From: Obrimoposthia wandeli
Lineage: Eukaryota
Reading direction: 5' to 3'
Assembly: GCA_977020255.1 (NCBI GenBank)
Contig: CDROCS010002105.1
Coordinates: 372,001 to 436,000 of the forward strand
DNA length: 64,000 nucleotides
The translations under genes and the position numbers were made by a program. The notes beneath the pieces were generated by a model. It did not search any database, had not been told where the DNA came from, and saw only the letters and a list, made by a program, of their open reading frames with translations. Positions 59,246 through 64,000 of this stretch are shown piece after piece; the stretch's first letter is position 1, and each line of letters begins with the position of its first letter.

Positions 59246-59770
59246 GGCGCTCCACAAGGAAAGTGGTAGGGTTGTTGAGTGAAAAGCGAAACGAACGATG
59301 GCCCTTTGGAAGTCAGATCAGCCCGTAGTAGTCTGAGCAGGGGAAAGCCTTGTACAAGGCGAAGCTGAAAGACAAAATCGAACGGTAAACAACGGCCTCT
59401 AGGCTTACCAACCGTTGATGACAAACTAGTGCAACAAAGTGTCAGCCAGATCTTACAAAGCATCTGGGAGCAAGACTTTCTGCGCAATAGCTACCGACCG
59501 AATAAAAGTGCTCATCAAGCGGTGCATAGCTTATACAAATGGTTGAACCGGCGCAGCGGAAGGCAAAGTTATAATTGGAGTAATTTCAATAAGATGCTAG
59601 GGTATTTCAATATTATGCAGCCAAAAGTTAGCAAAAGATTCTTGCTGGTTGACTGGTACTAGGGTCGTGTTTTCACTCGAGTGAATAGTTAACTGAAGAG
59701 CCAGATGCGGTAATTCCGCACGTCCGGATCTGTGTGGGGTCGGTCTGGTAACAGCCCGCTCTACAACGAT
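59246..59770 (+). mobile_element. Internally deleted group II intron remnant
   Basis: RT fragment KSNGKQRPLGLPTVDDKLVQ..V..IL..IWE.DF...SYRPNKSAHQA fused to maturase fragment KWLNRRSGRQSYNW; domain V GAGCCAGATGCGGTAATTCCGCACGTCCGGATCTG (AGC triad at 59699); domain VI ending CTCTACAACGAT. Confidence 0.88.
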
Positions 59771-60684
59771 TATCGAATGAGAATCAATTGTACAAATTTA
59801 AGTTAATAGTGCTTTCATTTAGCTCGGGTGCATTGGCTGATGCTTGGGGCGGGAAGGCAAAGATTGTTGGAATGTTTACAATCGGGGAAGACTGGGTTCT
59901 TGTTCGGTTGTCATCGTTTTCGAATCACTGGAAAGTGCTCAGTCGATGGAGGCCCGAATAAGCCTGGATACATAATTTTGAACCCCAGCCTGCAGAAAAC
60001 AAACTTGAGCTTGTTACTTACACTCGATTATGAGGTTTTTATGGCTTGACTTTTAAATGCGCAACCAAACAAAAGGTTCGTAAGCGAGAAAAATCAGAGA
60101 ACACTTGTTGAAAATTACAAGTTGTTGATATCTATTCGTTCATAAATATCAACAACAAAAAACTTCAGAATCGAGTGATTAGCAAATTACTCTCACCAGT
60201 TTTCGTGGGATGGGTTCATTACTATCAACTTAACGATTTGCGAAAGCTTACCCGATAGGAAAGGTGCATTTATTAATGAACCCGCGAGTAAATAATGTTG
60301 GATAAAATTGAATCAGCCTTCGATAAATTTAATGCATCAGCGACTGAAGCTAAAGCCGCTTCTTGCTAAGACGAGTGAAGGTCTTGTACTCATATATGTT
60401 CATCATTATTTATACAGTGAGCATGAGCTAAGAGTACCGGCAGGTTTCGAGTTAACATTTGTGATGCACGAGTACGGGCGTTACGTTAGCCAAAGTACGC
60501 TTATTACGCATTGGTATAGTTTCGATTGTTAGCTCTGACAATCGCCTTTACTCGAGGTGAAGACGCCAGCAATCAACGACAAAAAATCTGCTATTAGCAG
60601 ACTTTTTGTCATGGACTTAGAACGGATAAACGGTTAATTCAAGCTCGTCATTCAATATAACGTTGTAACCACTTTTTTACCCAT

Positions 60685-61347
60685 TTAATCGTTTAAATCT
60701 AACAACGATGGCTGATTGAATAATTCTTGTAAGATTTTAATAAATTGGCCGACATGAAGACCATCCATCATCCCGTGGTGTACTTCTATCGAAAGAGGCA
60801 TTCTCATACGATCACCATTTTGAGTTAATTTCCCTAACGCCATTTTGGGAATGCTGTCTAGATGTTTGGTGTCTCTTGCGTGCGTCATGCTGGTGAAATC
60901 AACCCAAGGTAGTACTGTCATATGAATCGTATTTTGACGTATTTCTTGGCCAATAAATTGCTCCACAATAAACGGCGAGTTCTTTATTCTTATTTCGGTT
61001 TCAGTAGCACTCTGGGTAAATTTTCTAAAAATAGACGCATAGGGCAGATCGCAAAATCTTACCGTATCGTCATTGGCGAGCAAGGCGACGCTGACACACA
61101 TAGGTGAATATATGCGCACTTCATCCTCGACAATGCGATATGCCATAGGCTCAAATTGGTTAAGGGCTTGTTGAGTTAGGAAAAGGTAAGCATGGAAAAA
61201 ACGATGACCGTGCTGCTTACAATAATGATATAGCTCAGTAACATCGATATTTGAACAGATGTTATACCAAGGATGAGTGAAGTTTTGGTAGAACTTGAAA
61301 TGTTCTGAGCGTAACCATTGGCTTGTATCCTGTACTTTATATGTCAT
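60685..61347 (-). CDS. cat: Type A chloramphenicol O-acetyltransferase-like protein
   Basis: W.RSEHF.FY, TVLPWVDFTS, PKMALGK, MPLSIEVHHGMMDGLHVG with the catalytic HHxxxDG motif. Confidence 0.85.
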   Translation of the reverse strand: MTYKVQDTSQWLRSEHFKFYQNFTHPWYNICSNIDVTELYHYCKQHGHRFFHAYLFLTQQALNQFEPMAYRIVEDEVRIYSPMCVSVALLANDDTVRFCDLPYASIFRKFTQSATETEIRIKNSPFIVEQFIGQEIRQNTIHMTVLPWVDFTSMTHARDTKHLDSIPKMALGKLTQNGDRMRMPLSIEVHHGMMDGLHVGQFIKILQELFNQPSLLDLND

Positions 61348-61639
61348 TGAATTTCATTTAAATCTATGATGATTGTGATGATGATATTGTTTATCAAAAA
61401 AAATGGAAACAAAAATTTCCATTTATAGGAACTGATGTCAAATAGCGAAACCATTGGTGGGGAGCTATATAGCCAAATGAACTCAGGATTTATTGCTTAG
61501 TATCCATTCAGCTTTGCCTGAATTGATTTTCTTGAATGCTGTTGGGGTCATTGTGGTTAATTATATTGCCAGAGCTACTGCCGCTGTTTAAATTTCGAGT
61601 ATGTGCTGGAGAACTAGGTACATTGCGTTCAAGTATCGG

Positions 61640-61905
61640 TCTGAGCATCGAGACCAATGCCGGTTTAGAAGGGCTTTGTTTAGGGACTTATATCCTTGCT
61701 TATGCGGGATTGCTTGAACACAAAAAGGCTGCCACGCATTTTGACCATGAACATAACTTGGATGCGCTTGCTGAGAGAGTGATGATGACGCGGCGAACCT
61801 TTACTCGCCAATTTCACAACGCGACGGGAATGTCTGTCGGGGACTGGTTGCTCTCAGAGAAACTACAGCGCAGTCAGGAGTGATTAGAATCGATAGAGCT
61901 ACCGA
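61640..61905 (+). pseudogene. Second GlxA/FtrA-type (DJ-1 + AraC) regulator remnant
   Basis: GLCLGTYILAYAGLL..KKAATH fused to LDALAERVMMTRRTFTRQFHNATGMSVGDWLLSEKLQRSQE*LES; middle deleted, in-frame stop. Confidence 0.75.
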
Positions 61906-62023
61906 TTAGTTTAGTTGTTGGTTATCGTTCTCTGTGCATATTTAAAGCGATAGCAATTATTAATATTTGTTGTGGCTTCATGGCAGCATTATATAGGTGA
62001 GAGATCATATTTGATCGGGATTA

Positions 62024-62056
62024 ATTTGGGCGCTACGTAATTCGTAGCGCCCAAAT
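62024..62056. terminator. Hairpin downstream of the DUF3103-like gene
   Basis: ATTTGGGCGCTACG-TAATT-CGTAGCGCCCAAAT, perfect 14-bp stem. Confidence 0.75.
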
Positions 62057-62064
62057 AAATGAAA

Positions 62065-63246
62065 TTACGGACGTGTCGGTGAGATAGTTAATGGCTCTAA
62101 CGTTACGACGGCATTACCAGATGCCGCCGGGTGGTCAACATAAGAAGTATCTTGCAATAGTGTATAGTAAACATCGACAAAATCATCATCGTTAACTAGC
62201 ACTCCATCAGGGATTGCTTCAATAATTTTTCCTGTAATTTGTGGAATCACAGCGTAAGCTTGAACTTCTGGATCCGGGATCATTTTCAACACTTCTTCTG
62301 CGACTTGTACTAAAAGTTTGGCCAGTTCTTTGTAATCAGTGCCGTCATCTTGTTCCATCAAGATCATATCGGCAGCCCCCCAGCGATAACGAGACCAATG
62401 AATAACAACCTGGTTAGGGTAGTAATCTTTATTATCATAATCTAGGTAGGGCATTGCTACTAAGTCGATAGTTGGTTCGTCTCGGCTCGGGTTAACTCCG
62501 GTTACGATTGCGTACACTTCGGCTTTACCAGAAATCCACGGCTCTTCATCATCAGATAAACGAATCTTCTTAATGACAGTGGTCGAGATAGGCTCTGCTG
62601 AAAGGCTGCGAGTACTGCTCTTCAATTGAGCTTGTTGTGTGTTTTCATTATAGCTATGCAATGCAGCAGGTTGCCCTAATTTTTTCATTTCAGCCTGCAT
62701 TGCTTGCAGTCCAGCTTTGAGCTCTTTAGCGCTATTGTTGTCAACTACAAACACTGGTACTTCTGGCATTTGGTCTACATCAAGTTGGTGAAGTTGACCA
62801 TAGACATCATAGGCTTCAATGTACTGCCATGACTCGTCATCCCCAGTAGGCTCAAAAGCAAACAAAGGACTTTGGCCTTCCTTCCATTCCTGTACCATAG
62901 ATGTGTCAGCAAGTCTCAGTTCAAGCAGTTCATTGGTGAAATTCGACACCCCTTTTACTGTTCGAATATTGGTGTCGGTTTTTTGCATTTGTTGCGTAAA
63001 TGGCGATTGTGGTTCTTCCGACAACAGCGTTGATAGTGAAATAGTTAATTTCTGATCGGATATTTGTGATTTGAGAGTTTGCTCAATATCCGTGTAATTT
63101 TCACTTAGCTGTTTGGCTAATTTTTGTTTTTGCTGTGTAATCGTATCGACATTTTGACTAGGTGATTGATGGGAGGTTGTGTCATCAGACTGACATCCAG
63201 CAAGCACTAAACTTAATAATAAGCATGTTGGTGTTATTTTATTCAT
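62065..63246 (-). CDS. Lipoprotein, DUF3103-like
   Basis: Lipobox VLAGC; TTVIKKIRL.DDEEPWISGKAEVYAIVTGV, WSRYRWGAADMILMEQDDGT; start about 63246 (ORF track 63264). Confidence 0.75.
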   Translation of the reverse strand: MNKITPTCLLLSLVLAGCQSDDTTSHQSPSQNVDTITQQKQKLAKQLSENYTDIEQTLKSQISDQKLTISLSTLLSEEPQSPFTQQMQKTDTNIRTVKGVSNFTNELLELRLADTSMVQEWKEGQSPLFAFEPTGDDESWQYIEAYDVYGQLHQLDVDQMPEVPVFVVDNNSAKELKAGLQAMQAEMKKLGQPAALHSYNENTQQAQLKSSTRSLSAEPISTTVIKKIRLSDDEEPWISGKAEVYAIVTGVNPSRDEPTIDLVAMPYLDYDNKDYYPNQVVIHWSRYRWGAADMILMEQDDGTDYKELAKLLVQVAEEVLKMIPDPEVQAYAVIPQITGKIIEAIPDGVLVNDDDFVDVYYTLLQDTSYVDHPAASGNAVVTLEPLTISPTRP

Positions 63247-63874
63247 TGTATACCCCTGAGGCATTTTAATAATATTAAAGTTAAAGCTCTAATGTCATTA
63301 GACTATCACGACATAAGTTATAATTTATATGAATACTTCCACGGAAATAAATATCGCAGGGGTATCAAATGAATACTATTCATTTAAAATGGGAGGAATA
63401 TCATAAACGCTTTTTGATGCGAATGAACCTATCGATTGTGAGCAGAAGAAAATTGAGCTACTTGGTAATAAATATATCTGTAAATATATATTCATATATG
63501 TTCATCGTTATTTCAGCACCATCAAGCAGGGTGGTATCAACAATCTTCTCTTACACAGGTATTACTTTTCATTCCGGCAGGTCTAAAATCTTCATCACCA
63601 AACTCAAAGTGAAGGTGCTTGGGTTTAGCCATGTTCCTTACCGTACAAATTCCCCAAGTCCAGCACTCGCTATAGTTTTAATCTTGCATCATATCGAGTT
63701 CGGCTTCTAACAGTTTAAATGCGAAGTGAAGCAAATATGAAATTTAAAGAGGCATTCTCATGCGATCACCATTTCGAGCCTTTTCTCGGCGAAATAAATA
63801 ATAATCAAAAAATTTGCATCCTTTTGGCACCTCATACGTGTTGATAGTAGTGAACACGTTTTAAGGATGCAGTA

Positions 63875-64000
63875 ATGTTTGAAGTTTTCACTCAGTTAGC
63901 GGATTGGCTAACATATACAATTATAGGGCTCGAGCCCAATACCTCTATGGGTATCGGTCTACATTTCTTTATTGAAGATACCAGTAAGATCTTAGTTTTA
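63875..64000 (+). CDS. Permease (ArsP/DUF318 type), 5' part, cut by the window end
   Basis: AAGGA RBS; MFEVFTQLADWLTY.IIGL.PNT.MG.GLHFFIEDTSKILVL matches the N-terminus of this permease family. Confidence 0.75.
   Translation, partial: MFEVFTQLADWLTYTIIGLEPNTSMGIGLHFFIEDTSKILVL

Noticed and set aside
59828-60532. Short ORFs and the inverted repeat GTTGTTGATAT...ATATCAACAAC
   Set aside because: No family motifs, transposase or target duplication; left as unassigned decayed DNA.
635-63055. Numerous 60-140 aa ORFs overlapping long genes in other frames or on the opposite strand
   Set aside because: They are shadows of well-supported genes, without RBS or motifs.
63369-63710. 113-aa ORF, or a decayed gene on the opposite strand
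   Set aside because: No recognisable family; the reverse frames are broken by many stops and cannot be assigned.

Overview
64 kb of chromosome from a marine gammaproteobacterium; gene content looks Vibrionaceae-like, but the genus cannot be fixed from sequence alone. The window has four parts. (1) 0.3-22.5 kb, core/metabolic: Phe/Tyr catabolism (acetoacetate-CoA ligase, maiA, fahA, hmgA, divergent phhAB, with no hppD), pqiABC, an oxidoreductase/MarR pair, a ROK kinase, a porin + small periplasmic protein + hybrid histidine kinase trio, an unannotated ~390-nt CsrB-family sRNA with its UvrY/VarA box, an MFS transporter and ylqF. (2) 22.7-41.2 kb, a ~19 kb candidate defence island between a decayed partial copy of menB and the intact menB. 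It holds an SMC/MksBEFG (Wadjet-like) operon in the unusual order SMC-E-F-Toprim, a BrxR/CapW-like WYL regulator, a DUF4145(HEPN-like)-Sel1 protein, an intact IS1595 with 8-bp target duplication, and a translationally coupled operon of three dynamin-like GTPases enclosing two TerB-like paralogues with AT-rich variable C-termini. That five-gene operon is the best candidate for an undescribed system. (3) 41.3-54.2 kb: menB, a cold-shock-domain membrane protein, a PQQ-type dehydrogenase, a TetR-controlled efflux pump, an ABC exporter, an OYE-family oxidoreductase and a diguanylate cyclase. (4) 54.3-64 kb, a decayed accessory region: remnants of a DUF6602-like nuclease, two GlxA/AraC genes, uspA and an internally deleted group II intron, among intact hflX, cat, a DUF3103-like lipoprotein and the start of an ArsP-type permease. 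No CRISPR array, tRNA, rRNA or integrase was seen. All family calls come from motif recognition, not database searches.
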